From contig NZ_RSDW01000001.1 of NCBI RefSeq assembly GCF_003945235.1, forward strand, positions 5,310,001-5,342,000: a DNA stretch of 32,000 nt. Reading direction: 5' to 3'. Position numbers and translations under genes: made by a program. The DNA is from Edaphobacter aggregans (GTDB taxonomy: Bacteria > Acidobacteriota > Terriglobia > Terriglobales > Acidobacteriaceae). This document shows, piece after piece, positions 1 to 8,699 of this stretch. Below the pieces are notes generated by a model, which made no database searches, was not told where the DNA came from, and saw nothing but the letters and a program-made list of their open reading frames with translations. Each line of letters opens with the position of its first letter. Position 1 is the first letter of the stretch.

Positions 1-666
1 TACAACGTCTTTCCGCTCGACGATCGTTCCGCGGAACGCTTCAGCCCGGAGGCTACGGGAAGGCCCGTAGGCGCTATTCAGGGCCTGACCAAGGTGACCT
101 ATTGGCCTGGAGTCACACGCGTTCCGGAAGGAAGCGCAATCGATGTCAAAAACAAATCGTTCTCCATTACAGCGGAAGTGACTACGCCGCCTAACGGCGC
201 CGACGGAGTGATTATTACCCAAGGCGGACTCTTTGCCGGTTGGGCGCTGATCGTGGAGAACAGTAAGCCGGTCTTTATTTACAACTGGCTTCAGGAACAG
301 ATTACAAAGGTCTCTTCGCCGGTTACGCTGCCGCAAGGCAAGAGCGTGGTGAAGTTCCAATTCTCTTACGATGGGGGCGGGGTTGGGAAAGGCGGCACGG
401 GTTCTCTGAGCATCGATGACAAGCAGGTCGCCTCGGCGCATATCGAGAAGACTGTACCCTTCCGCTTCTCGCTGGACGAAAGCCTCGACGTAGGCGAAGA
501 TACCGGAACCCCTGTGAGCATGGACTATTTCGACAAGATGCCATTTCGCTTTACAGGCACACTCGGCGGAGTGACGGTGGAAGTGGCTCCGGTTAGCGCA
601 GCACAACAAAAGCAGGCAGCCGACGCCCATCGAAAAGTACAACAAAAAATGGCTGAGCTCAATTAG
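1..666 (+). CDS. Arylsulfatase, C-terminal part (5' end lies outside the window)
   Basis: Frame 1 is open from base 1, before the tracked GVG-start ORF at 94. The product (YNVFPLDDRS...PEGSAIDVKNKSF...GEDTGTPVS) aligns position-for-position with the last ~220 aa of the complete sulfatase at 1280-3688. TAG stop at 664-666. Confidence 0.8.
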   Translation, partial: YNVFPLDDRSAERFSPEATGRPVGAIQGLTKVTYWPGVTRVPEGSAIDVKNKSFSITAEVTTPPNGADGVIITQGGLFAGWALIVENSKPVFIYNWLQEQITKVSSPVTLPQGKSVVKFQFSYDGGGVGKGGTGSLSIDDKQVASAHIEKTVPFRFSLDESLDVGEDTGTPVSMDYFDKMPFRFTGTLGGVTVEVAPVSAAQQKQAADAHRKVQQKMAELN

Positions 667-1279
667 GCGCTGCGTGGCCTTGACGAGTTCGTATCATCTC
701 AAAACAAGGGCGAAGTCCATGGAGCGATTCAGCAGCGCTCTCGCCGTTTCAGTTGGTGATAACAGGGCAAAGCGCTCATCGACGTTTACTAAATCCGATT
801 ACTCCCCATAAACGCCGTTGTCGTAAGCGATCGTGGCCCAGCGAATCTCATTTGTTGCCAAATCGCTTTCTCGTGAATTGAACTCATCTTGAATTCCTTG
901 CGAGAGATGGACATCCGAAGGAGTGCAAGCCCCTGTTGTCGCCAACTAAGATTCAAATGTGTCTAGCAAAGATGGCACAACAGTGAACACAACCCGACAT
1001 ATAGTTACGTATCTTCAGTGCTCGATGAGTGACTTGGCGATTTATCACCAATCGAGAAAAATAACCCCTAAGCGCGTCTGCTGGTTCCAATCAGGCGGCT
1101 GCGGGACATTCCCATAACCTAACCTAAGCCGAGGCATCCCCGACTTACGACTTTGCGTTCATATTGTCGGCACTGTGAGATTGTGCGACCATTGGTCGGC
1201 CAAGCCAGGAGCATCCCGGGACCCCACAACGAACTTTTGCTTTGATCAAAATTTCGACAACTTGAATGGAGAGAGTCCC

Positions 1280-3688
1280 ATGAAACTTTGTGCAAGGTCA
1301 GCATTCACGGGCTATTTCGTAGCAGTTCTTTGTGCCTTCGTCGGCGTTTCCTTTTCAAGTGCACAAGAAGTCTTACCAAGGCCCGAACCGCCATTCAAAG
1401 GCCACATCGGGCGCACGGTGCAGGAATCCACAAAAGACTTCCCTCAAGAGGTAAAAGCCCCCAAGGGAGCACCAAACATCCTGCTTATTCTGACTGACGA
1501 TGTGGGCTTCGGAGCCAGCAGCACATTCGGTGGTCCGATACCTACACCGACCTTCGACCGTCTCGCCAAGAACGGTCTTCGCTACACACAATTCCATACC
1601 ACGGCTCTTTGTTCTCCCACACGCGCGGCCTTGCTAACGGGCCGCAATCATCACTCTGCAAATGCGGGAATCATTATGGAAGGAGGGACCGGCTTTCCGG
1701 GCTACAACACACTCATGTCCAAGAGCGTCGGCTCCTTTGCGGAGGTGCTGAGGCAAAACGGCTACAACACCGCCTGGTACGGTAAAAACCATAACGTGCC
1801 CGATTGGCACACCAGCCAAGCCGGGCCATATGATCTCTGGCCCACAGGTCTGGGCTTTGAATACTTCTATGGCTTTATAGGTGGCGACACCAGTCAGTGG
1901 GCGCCCGCCATCTATGAAAACATCAAGCCCATCGAGCCTCCTCACGATCAAAAGGACTACTTCTTCGATCATGACATGGCTGACCACGCCATCGCCCGTA
2001 TCCAAATGCTGCACGCCGTCGCTCCGGACAAGCCTTGGCTGGCTTATTTCGCACCGGGAACAGCTCACGCCCCTCACCACGCTCCAAAGGATGTGATCGC
2101 AAGCTTCAAAGGGCAATTCGATCAGGGATGGGACAAGGTGCGCGAAGAAACTATCGCCCGACAGAAGGCGATGGGTATCATTCCATCGGACACAAAGCTA
2201 ACTGAGCGCTCCGAGGGAATTCCGGCATGGGATTCACTCGACGCGGATCACAAAAAAGTCTTCGCGCACATGATGGAGGTCTACGCTGCTGCGCTGTCGA
2301 ACTGTGATAGAGAAATCGGGCGAGTGCTGGATGCCATTCAAGATTTGGGTGAACTCGACAACACCCTTGTGATCTACATCCAAGGCGACAACGGGGCCAG
2401 CGCCGAGGGTGGTCAGCAGGGCTTGCTCAATGAAATGGCTTTCTTCAACGCCACACGCGAAGACTTCACGGAAGTGATGCGACGGATGGACGAATTAGGC
2501 GGTCCCACCACGTTTAATCACTACCCAATCGGCTGGGCCCATGCCATGGATACGCCTTTTCAGTGGACAAAACAGATTGCTTCGCATTTCGGCGGCACGC
2601 GCAACGGAATGGTTATTTCCTGGCCCGCCCGCATTAAGGACAAGGGTGGTATTCGTCCACAATTTCACCACGTAATCGACATTGCCCCGACCATCCTGGA
2701 AGCCGTCGGCGTTCAACCTCCGTCTGTCCTTAACGGAGTGCCGCAGAAACCCATTGAGGGCGTGAGTATGGTGTACACATTCGACTCTCCAACAGCGCCG
2801 TCTACCCATCGCACCCAATATTTTGAAATGTTTGCGAATCGCGCCATTTACAACGATGGATGGGTAGCCGCCACAACACCCCCGCTGCCGCCGTGGGCAA
2901 GCGGCAAGACCATAGACATCGATGATTACAAGTGGGAACTTTACGACGTTAGCAAGGACTTTAGCGAAGCCAATAACCTTGCGGCACAGCAACCCAAAAA
3001 ACTTCGAGACTTACAGGAATTGTTCTGGATTGAAGCGGCCAAATATAACGTGCTTCCACTGGATAACAGCAAGTTAGAACGCATGAACGTTGACAACCGT
3101 CCCAGCCTCACGCGGGGGCGCACTGAGTTCACTTTCTTTCCCGGTATGACCCGTATCCCGGAAGGCACTGCACCGAGCATCTTGAACAAATCGTTCCGCG
3201 TCACTGCTGATGTGACCATTCCTGCAAATGGGGCCGATGGGATCTTAATCACTCAAGGCGGACGATTCAACGGTTGGGGGCTCTATCTTCTGGATGGCAT
3301 ACCGGTTTTCCATTACAACCTGGTGGGTGTCCAACGCTATAACGTGGCTGGCCCAGATAAGCTTTCTGCCGGCAAGCACACAGTTGTTGTTGACTTCAAA
3401 TACGACGGCGGCGGCCTTGGCAAAGGAGGTCTCGCCACACTCTCGGTGGATGGAAAGAAGGCAACCGAAGTGAAGTTTGCCCGGACAATTCCGTTCCGCA
3501 TTTCGGCGGATGAGACGCTCGACATCGGCGAAGACACCGGCACGCCAGTCAGCGAGGACTACCACGTCCCCTTCAAATTCACCGGCACTATAGCGAAGGT
3601 CGTCATCCTGTTAGGGGACGAAAAAATCACAGCGACCGACCAACAAGCCATGGAACAAGCCGAGTCCGACTTCGCTGTAAGTGATTAG
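1280..3688 (+). CDS. Secreted type-I arylsulfatase (formylglycine-dependent) with a C-terminal beta-rich extension
   Basis: The tracked ORF is 1175-3688. The preferred start is ATG 1280 (GGAG about 8 nt upstream), which gives the signal peptide MKLCARSAFTGYFVAVLCAFVGVSFSSAQE. It has the sulfatase signature LCSPTRAALLTGR (Cys-x-Pro-x-Arg) plus the LILTDDVGFG and YGKNHN motifs. The C-terminal 200 aa are paralogous to feature 1-666. Confidence 0.9.
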   Translation: MKLCARSAFTGYFVAVLCAFVGVSFSSAQEVLPRPEPPFKGHIGRTVQESTKDFPQEVKAPKGAPNILLILTDDVGFGASSTFGGPIPTPTFDRLAKNGLRYTQFHTTALCSPTRAALLTGRNHHSANAGIIMEGGTGFPGYNTLMSKSVGSFAEVLRQNGYNTAWYGKNHNVPDWHTSQAGPYDLWPTGLGFEYFYGFIGGDTSQWAPAIYENIKPIEPPHDQKDYFFDHDMADHAIARIQMLHAVAPDKPWLAYFAPGTAHAPHHAPKDVIASFKGQFDQGWDKVREETIARQKAMGIIPSDTKLTERSEGIPAWDSLDADHKKVFAHMMEVYAAALSNCDREIGRVLDAIQDLGELDNTLVIYIQGDNGASAEGGQQGLLNEMAFFNATREDFTEVMRRMDELGGPTTFNHYPIGWAHAMDTPFQWTKQIASHFGGTRNGMVISWPARIKDKGGIRPQFHHVIDIAPTILEAVGVQPPSVLNGVPQKPIEGVSMVYTFDSPTAPSTHRTQYFEMFANRAIYNDGWVAATTPPLPPWASGKTIDIDDYKWELYDVSKDFSEANNLAAQQPKKLRDLQELFWIEAAKYNVLPLDNSKLERMNVDNRPSLTRGRTEFTFFPGMTRIPEGTAPSILNKSFRVTADVTIPANGADGILITQGGRFNGWGLYLLDGIPVFHYNLVGVQRYNVAGPDKLSAGKHTVVVDFKYDGGGLGKGGLATLSVDGKKATEVKFARTIPFRISADETLDIGEDTGTPVSEDYHVPFKFTGTIAKVVILLGDEKITATDQQAMEQAESDFAVSD

Positions 3689-3728
3689 CCCGCGTGTTCA
3701 ACGTATGGAAAGTTGTTTGAATCACGCT

Positions 3729-4141
3729 TTATGGGGGTCTCACCGATATCATGGGAGCAAATGGACCAACGTAAGATTGTCCCAGAAGGGCTGCTTGTAT
3801 TGCTGGAATCAAGTGAGCCTTCATATGTGACTTGAGGACATATCCAAGGCCCCTTCTGCCATGCATGCGTCGACAAACTGCTGTTCTGAGTGAACCGTTA
3901 GAAACACAACTTTGGCGGAGGGGGCGGAATCGCGCAGTTGACGGGCTGCATCGATACCGCTCAATACTGGCAAGGTAATATCAGCCACGATTACATCGGG
4001 ACAAAGACGAAGGGCTTCCGACACCAGCGTTGCGCCATCCACCACAGTTCCCACGACATCGAACTGAGGTTTCAAAAGCCCATTTGTGGCTTTGAGTACA
4101 GCTGGATGGTCATCGGCAAGTAGTATCCGTGGGCGACTCAC
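3729..4141 (-). pseudogene. CheY/NarL-type receiver-domain protein interrupted by a 1-nt frameshift (or assembly error)
   Basis: ORF 3821-4141 encodes a receiver domain (ILLADDHP...IVADITLP...VFLTVH) and ends abnormally at ...AEGALDMSSSHI*. Shifting one base at the GG run (plus-strand cc at 3844-3845) restores the canonical ...GALGYVLKSHMKAHLIPAIQAALLGQSYVGP..., including the conserved Lys, and reaches a TAA at 3729-3731. No HTH follows. Confidence 0.6.
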
Positions 4142-4420
4142 ATTCCCCTCCGTCAGATCATTCCTATCGCAACCCGGGAGGATGCACTACTGGGGAAATC
4201 TCCCGTTCGAAATCTGATAGTCTCTCTCGTTTCCAAAAGACCTTCTCATCTCACTTTTCGGTAAGTTTAGGTGGCAAGTTGCCGAAAAGCTGACGTCCCA
4301 GCGCCGAGTCTGCAAGGCACTGAAAAGCGAACAACCTGAAGGGAAAGATTTTGGCGCCTACGTCGATATGCCTCTACAATTCGTAACTGCGTGTAAATAC
4401 AAAGACTGAGGGATCTGAGA

Positions 4421-4792
4421 ATGGCTGAGAAAACGATGGTCGAAAAGGCTGGTGAGGCGGTTGGCTTCGGAATTGCGATGGCAGAAGATGTGGCTGGCGC
4501 CGTTAAAACGGCAGTTGGTGCAGCGGTGACGACGGTGACAGATGTTTTGAAGAAGGCACCTACGACGAAAGCTCCGGTCAAGCAGGTTCCCAAAAAAGCG
4601 CCCGCCAAGAAGGCTGCAAAGAAAGCACCTGCAACAAAGGCCATCAAGAAACCCGTGACCAAGACGGCGGGTAAGAAGTCAACCGGGAAGAAGGCTGCCA
4701 AAAAAGTCGCAGTCAGGAAGGCGCCAGCGAAGAAAGCCGTGAAGAGAGCGGTAAAGGAGACTGTGAAGAAGGCTGGCCGACGGCGGAAATAA
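4421..4792 (+). CDS. Histone-H1-like Lys/Ala-rich basic protein
   Basis: A 123-aa ORF with an N-terminal Ala/Val-rich segment followed by AKKA/KKAP-type repeats (KKAPAKKAAKKAPATKAIKKPVTK...). The antisense ORF 4267-4701 is a low-complexity mirror artefact. Confidence 0.7.
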   Translation: MAEKTMVEKAGEAVGFGIAMAEDVAGAVKTAVGAAVTTVTDVLKKAPTTKAPVKQVPKKAPAKKAAKKAPATKAIKKPVTKTAGKKSTGKKAAKKVAVRKAPAKKAVKRAVKETVKKAGRRRK

Positions 4793-5200
4793 CTGTCGCG
4801 AAGAAGGCTGAAAGAGCGGTCAGAAAAGCTGTGAAGCAGGGCTTAACCGAGAATGCCGTAGAGGCAGCGGTCGGACTTGGCCTCTCTAGGGCCTCCGGTA
4901 AGAAAAAGGCATCGGCAAAGCAGCCGTAACTGAGGACGCGCAGGCCTCAAAAAGAGCCTGATATTGTATCGGCGTCTTCATTTCAGGTGTGCCAACTCAA
5001 GGAGTTTCTCGCGCAACGCCATGTTCTCGAGCGTGCTTTCGGTGACCATACGCGCCGCGTGCACAGTTCCGGCATCCCAAGCACCGAAAGTTCGCGGCTG
5101 AGACTGTTCAATCTGCCTCGAGGAACGTAGCAGGATACGCGGTCCATGACGCAAAGACCTGACCATTGTTGACTTCAGGACAATGCACACATTGACAGGC

Positions 5201-5840
5201 TCAGACCACTCTTCGCGCAGCTCTGAAGCGAAGCTCTTCGGAATCGAGTTCTCCGGTCTCCATGTCTCGAAAGAAGACTCTGTAGAACCCCGGAGTGACC
5301 AACTCGACTCCCAACTCTTCGAAGCGAAATACCTCGCTGATGAAGATTCTCTTCTTGTGCCAGCTGATATCGCCGCTATTGTTGACCCGTTGCAGTTGGA
5401 GACCCTTCGGATACCTAAACTCCGGCAACTTGCTCGGCAGTCGTAATGCGCTCGGAATGTACAGACTTGCGGGAACCTGGTTGTTCAGGCCCTCATGCGG
5501 GCGCTCGTGGTTAAACACGTACCGGAAGTTATCAAATCGGCTCTGCTGCGCTCGAAGGGATGCCGCAGGTGGTTTGGTCGTGTCCTCCTTCAAAGTGCGA
5601 TGCATTCGCTCATGACGGCCGTTTTGTTGCGGTCTACCTGCTTGAATGCGCTCGTGCACGATCCCGAGCTTCATCCATCCGAGCGAGAGCTTCGACAGAC
5701 CTAAGAGCCCGGTGCCCGCAAACGGTGCTCCGTTGTCTGTTCTGATCCGCGCTGGCATCCCGTACTCCCGCATCGCTGCTTCGCATACCGCCCGAACCTG
5801 GCTTAGATCCATGCGCGAGACGATCTGGCAACGAATCAGT
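5201..5840 (-). mobile_element. IS481-family (rve/DDE integrase core) transposase, N-terminally truncated remnant
   Basis: The translation contains ARIRTDNGAPF, RPQQNGRHERMHRTLK and FNHERPHEGL, which are the second Asp and the Glu region of the DDE core. The frame stays open upstream of the tracked Met (..LIRCQIVSR-MDLSQ..) but hits TAA at about 5841-5843. The N-terminal HTH and first catalytic Asp region are therefore missing. Confidence 0.75.
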
Positions 5841-6157
5841 TAACGGCTATCGTAGCCGTCGCGCTCCGCTGTAAACCATGTCTCCGGTCTGTTTTGTAAG
5901 GCAAGTGCTAAGTACGCTCAGGGGCGCTGCCCCGATCGCGCGGCGCAAGGGGTCTCCCCAATCTTCCGCGCTGCGCTTGTGCAGACCTCCGCTCCGCTTC
6001 GCCCTTTCCGTTCCGCCTGCGGCTCCCTCTCCAAGGGTGGGAGATACCCCTCCCCGTTGCGCCTTGCTACCCCCGCCTTCGCCAGGAGGCGTTCGGCATG
6101 TAGGTACATGCCACGCATGGCATGAAAAACAACGGCCAAGGCCAAGGAGGAAACACC

Positions 6158-6313
6158 ATGAATACCACCAGCACCGTCACCCCCATCAGCGAAAACCCCA
6201 AACAACCGCAGCCACGGCAGACCGCCAAAGAAGTCATTGCCGCCAACGTGAAGAGCCTCATCGAGCAGCTAGAGGCAGGACACAGCGACGCACTCACCGC
6301 CTACCTCAACGCG
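6158..6313 (+). pseudogene. ArdC-like (DUF1738-type, plasmid/ICE antirestriction) N-terminal fragment, about 52 codons
   Basis: A GGAGG lies 7 nt upstream of ATG 6158. The product MNTTSTVTPISENPKQPQPRQTAKEVIAANVKSLIEQLEAGHSDALTAYLNA matches my recollection of ArdC-like N-termini (..LEAG....AYL.AM.RFH.YSF.N). The similarity stops at about 6313 and the frame then reads low-complexity junk. Confidence 0.4.
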
Positions 6314-6318
6314 ATAAA

Positions 6319-6541
6319 CAGAAGCGCATCCTCCTCCCCGTCCGCAATCTTCAGTTCTGGATCGATAACAATATCCTGCTCGTCCTCAAGGTGGCACCGT
6401 TCGACAAGAAGGACGGTCAGCTTGTGCCAGCATCCGGAAGCTGTGTCGATTGCCCCAAGCGCACAGGTCATAACAAGCTTTTGTTTTCCGATCTCGGCAA
6501 GCAGGACGCCTGCACCGACCCGACCTGCTATCAAGCGAAGG
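6319..6541 (+). pseudogene. ParB-like partition/nuclease protein, internal fragment
   Basis: Frame 1 reads ...VAPFDKKDGQLVPASGSCVDCPKRTGHNKLLFSDLGKQDACTDPTCYQAKV. This has the CxxCPKRTG...CTDPxCY motif I associate with ICE/plasmid ParB-like proteins. It has no start of its own and lies inside the artefactual 231-aa ORF 5878-6573. The similarity ends exactly where the opposite-strand ArsR remnant ends. Confidence 0.45.
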
Positions 6542-6863
6542 TTACATGTTTCGGTCTGCTGCGAATGACTTGAGGGTTGCGTCAAGAATCGCCGCTGCTC
6601 TGGTGTCATTCGGTCGTTCGATTCGATAGTGCATCCATTTTCATTCACGTCGTGCCTTTACGATTCCTGCACGACGAAGATAGGCGAGAGGCCTTGATAT
6701 CTTAGGCTGTCCTTGCCTCAGAATCTCCACAAAGTAGCAGACACACACCTCGCGACCTTCCATCAGGTTTAGCAGCCTGAGGCGCGTGGGATCTGCGAGT
6801 GCTTCGAAGAGGCGAACTAGGTCAAATGATTTTGAGAAAAGGAAGACACAGCCTGCTGCTCAT
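6542..6863 (-). pseudogene. ArsR/SmtB-family metalloregulator carrying one frameshift and one in-frame TGA
   Basis: The reverse strand reads ..SKSFDLVRLFEALADPTRLRLLNLMEGREVCVCYFVEILRQGQPKISRPLAYLRRAGIVKARRE*KWMHYRIERPNDTRAAAILDATL... This includes the ArsR wHTH and the CVC metal site. The TGA at 6641-6643 sits where Gly is expected (ARR-E-G-KWMHY). The only ATG (6863-6861) is out of frame by one base, across the plus-strand A4 run at 6837-6840. Confidence 0.65.
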
Positions 6864-7127
6864 TTGTAAGTGTGGCCAGTCGCTGATGGAGGGACTCGTA
6901 ATGCTCGCCGAGATCAGGAAGTCAGCTCTTCCTGATCTCAACCTCTAGACAGGCATCATCGAAGAGGCTGAAGGCTCTTTGGGCGTCGTCGATTCTGCGT
7001 GGTTCGGGGTAACCGGAAGATTAAGGTAGAGAGAATGGGTGAATGAAATAATCTTGGTCGAGTGACTGCGCAGAAAGTGTCGAACTTAATACATCAGGCC
7101 GATCGAGAGTGAGCCCGGTGACGCACA

Positions 7128-7283
7128 TCAGAACTTGGCAATGAGATTGATACCACCGACCAGTGGCAAACCGCCGATGATTCGACCAGAGTTCAGAGGA
7201 TGAGGCTGCTTCCTGAACCAGCCGAAGTGGTCAATCAACAACGAACTGATCAGCGCGGCGGTAACAGTGAATCCTACGAAAAC
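7128..7283 (-). pseudogene. DMT/DUF606 (YdcZ-like) transporter, C-terminal ~50-aa fragment
   Basis: The reverse frame reads FTVTAALISSLLIDHFGWFRKQPHPLNSGRIIGGLPLVGGINLIAKF*, which resembles the last TM hairpin of DUF606 proteins (..LLIDHFG.FG......R..G..L...GV.LI). It is bounded upstream by a TGA and has no start codon. Confidence 0.45.
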
Positions 7284-7442
7284 TCACAGTTCGGGATGCT
7301 CTAATCGGCCTAGCCCCTCGCATTGCATCGCTGCGGTTCGTCGCCGAGTTCGCCGGGAGAGATTGTCGGCAAAGTCTCAGCCGCGACCATCTCGCATGGA
7401 CCCGTTACCCCATTTTCGCTCATCACTCCGCAACTGGGCTCT

Positions 7443-7853
7443 TCAATTGTTCTCGGAGATAGAACCAGGCTTTTCGTGTAAGAGTCGTCCAGCCATTCCA
7501 AGCAGTTCGGAAGGGTGGACGGGCTTCGCTACAACATCGAATCTGTGTCCGTTCCTCGTCGCCGTGTCGAGCAGGTCGCCAGTCGCCGCCTGTCCTGAGA
7601 AGAGGGACAGGTGGCACTCTGGCCATTGAGATTTGATCCGGATCGCCAAGTCAATGCCATTCATCGCAGGGAGCAATACATCAATAATTACCAGCGCCGG
7701 ATGCCAGTCTTCCATGGCTAGTAGTGCCTGTTCGGCTGAATAGACACCCTTTGACTCATAGCCCTCTTGGGAGAAGATCATAACGAGCGTATCGGTAATC
7801 ACCCGCTCATCATCAACAATCAAAACACGCTTTTGCTTCCCAAGTTCGAACAC
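7443..7853 (-). CDS. Single-domain (CheY-like) response regulator
   Basis: A 136-aa ORF with a GTG start. Receiver hallmarks are present: VLIVDDE, VIIDVLLPAMNG (phospho-Asp), LFSGQ and VVAKPV (Lys). There is no output domain. Confidence 0.85.
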   Translation of the reverse strand: MFELGKQKRVLIVDDERVITDTLVMIFSQEGYESKGVYSAEQALLAMEDWHPALVIIDVLLPAMNGIDLAIRIKSQWPECHLSLFSGQAATGDLLDTATRNGHRFDVVAKPVHPSELLGMAGRLLHEKPGSISENN

Positions 7854-7918
7854 GGACCCACTCCATTTACCAACTACCTAAGGGTAGCGAAATCTCTGCT
7901 ATTTAAGCCGCCGCCGCG

Positions 7919-8348
7919 TCATGCAGTTCCCCAAGCGCACAACCGTGGTTGGGCCGTAGGACGCCTCCAACGAGCCTCCCGTTGCCGACGACGCGGAAGA
8001 AGTCCAAGGGATGCGCTCCGCCCAAACATAGAGTTTCGTAAAAGCCTCATATTGCCCCCAAATGCAACGCCAAAGGCAGCCGTCGGTAGATTCGCGAAAG
8101 CGGACCCAATGCCCTCACCGCGTCTTTTCTCGCTTGCCGTATCGTGTACGACTCCATCGATCTTCACTTTCTTGCCCGAGAAACAAAAGTTACTGTCTTT
8201 GCCTGGCAACAAGTTCCGATAGATCCAAGGGCCGTCACCGATTCAACCGAGGCTCGAGCCAAAAAACAGTTACCTGATGCCCTGCCTCCTGCGGCCGGGC
8301 TGCGCACAACGTGCCGACAACTCCCGCTCCATAGACCAAGATGGCCAT
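7919..8348 (-). pseudogene. Ketopantoate-reductase/ApbA-like NAD(P)-binding protein, decayed (multiple frame breaks)
   Basis: ATG at 8348 (GGGGG 6 nt upstream) opens MAILVYGAGVVGTLCAARPQEAGHQVTVF.., a GxGxxG Rossmann N-terminus of the ApbA/PanE type. It terminates after 37 codons. Protein-like sequence then continues in other frames (IGDGPWIYRNLLPGKDSNF.. in ORF 7919-8212). The assignment is tentative. Confidence 0.35.
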
Positions 8349-8486
8349 TGCTACCCCCGAACACGCGCGGCGTTATCGTCAACTAACTAGCCAGCGACGG
8401 CGTACTCCGACGAACTCAGCAAACCGCTTATGGAATTGACAAACCGATTCTGCGGCGGCCAAGGGACCGGCGTCAGCATGAAACAA

Positions 8487-8699
8487 TCATTTTGCCTCAC
8501 CTTCGCGCTCGAGTTCTTCTTGGGCTTGACCACATTCCTTCTCAAGATGTGCAAGCTCAAGATCGAGCATGTCTTGCTCTTGCGGACCGGAATGGAATCC
8601 AGGAGGGGAACTAACTGCGGCGTCTCGTTGCTCACGTTTTGCGATCAATTGCAGCTCTAATCGCGCGTGGCGAATCGTGATGTTTGTGGACGTTTCCAT
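8487..8699 (-). CDS. Hypothetical small coiled-coil protein; the frame stays open beyond its TGA
   Basis: A 70-aa ORF (..LELQLIAKREQRD...DLELAHLEKECGQAQEELEREGEAK*). The same frame stays open for 35 more codons after the TGA at 8487-8489 (LFHADAGPLAAAESVCQFHKRFAEFVGVRRRWLVS*, ending at 8379). There is no obvious SD and I recognise no family. Confidence 0.3.
   Translation of the reverse strand: METSTNITIRHARLELQLIAKREQRDAAVSSPPGFHSGPQEQDMLDLELAHLEKECGQAQEELEREGEAK

Noticed and set aside
4267-4701. 144-aa minus-strand ORF opposite the H1-like gene
   Set aside because: It is the mirror image of the Lys/Ala repeat (GCx/AAG codons read backwards give Ala/Phe/Leu runs). It has no RBS and is pure low complexity.
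4978-5190. 70-aa minus-strand ORF directly downstream of the transposase remnant (..STLENMALREKLLELAHLK*)
   Set aside because: It might be another mobile-element fragment, but I cannot tie it to any family and it has no RBS.
5878-6573. 231-aa and 148-aa plus-strand ORFs
   Set aside because: These are GC-rich, Arg/Pro-rich read-through spanning unrelated gene fragments (an ArdC-like head and a ParB-like middle). They are treated as pseudogene pieces, not as one gene.
6910-6939. Perfect 12-bp inverted repeat GAGATCAGGAAG-tcagct-CTTCCTGATCTC
   Set aside because: I considered it as an IS terminal repeat or a terminator. There is no matching second copy, no U-tract on either strand and no adjacent intact gene. 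It is noted only as a hairpin in the decay zone.
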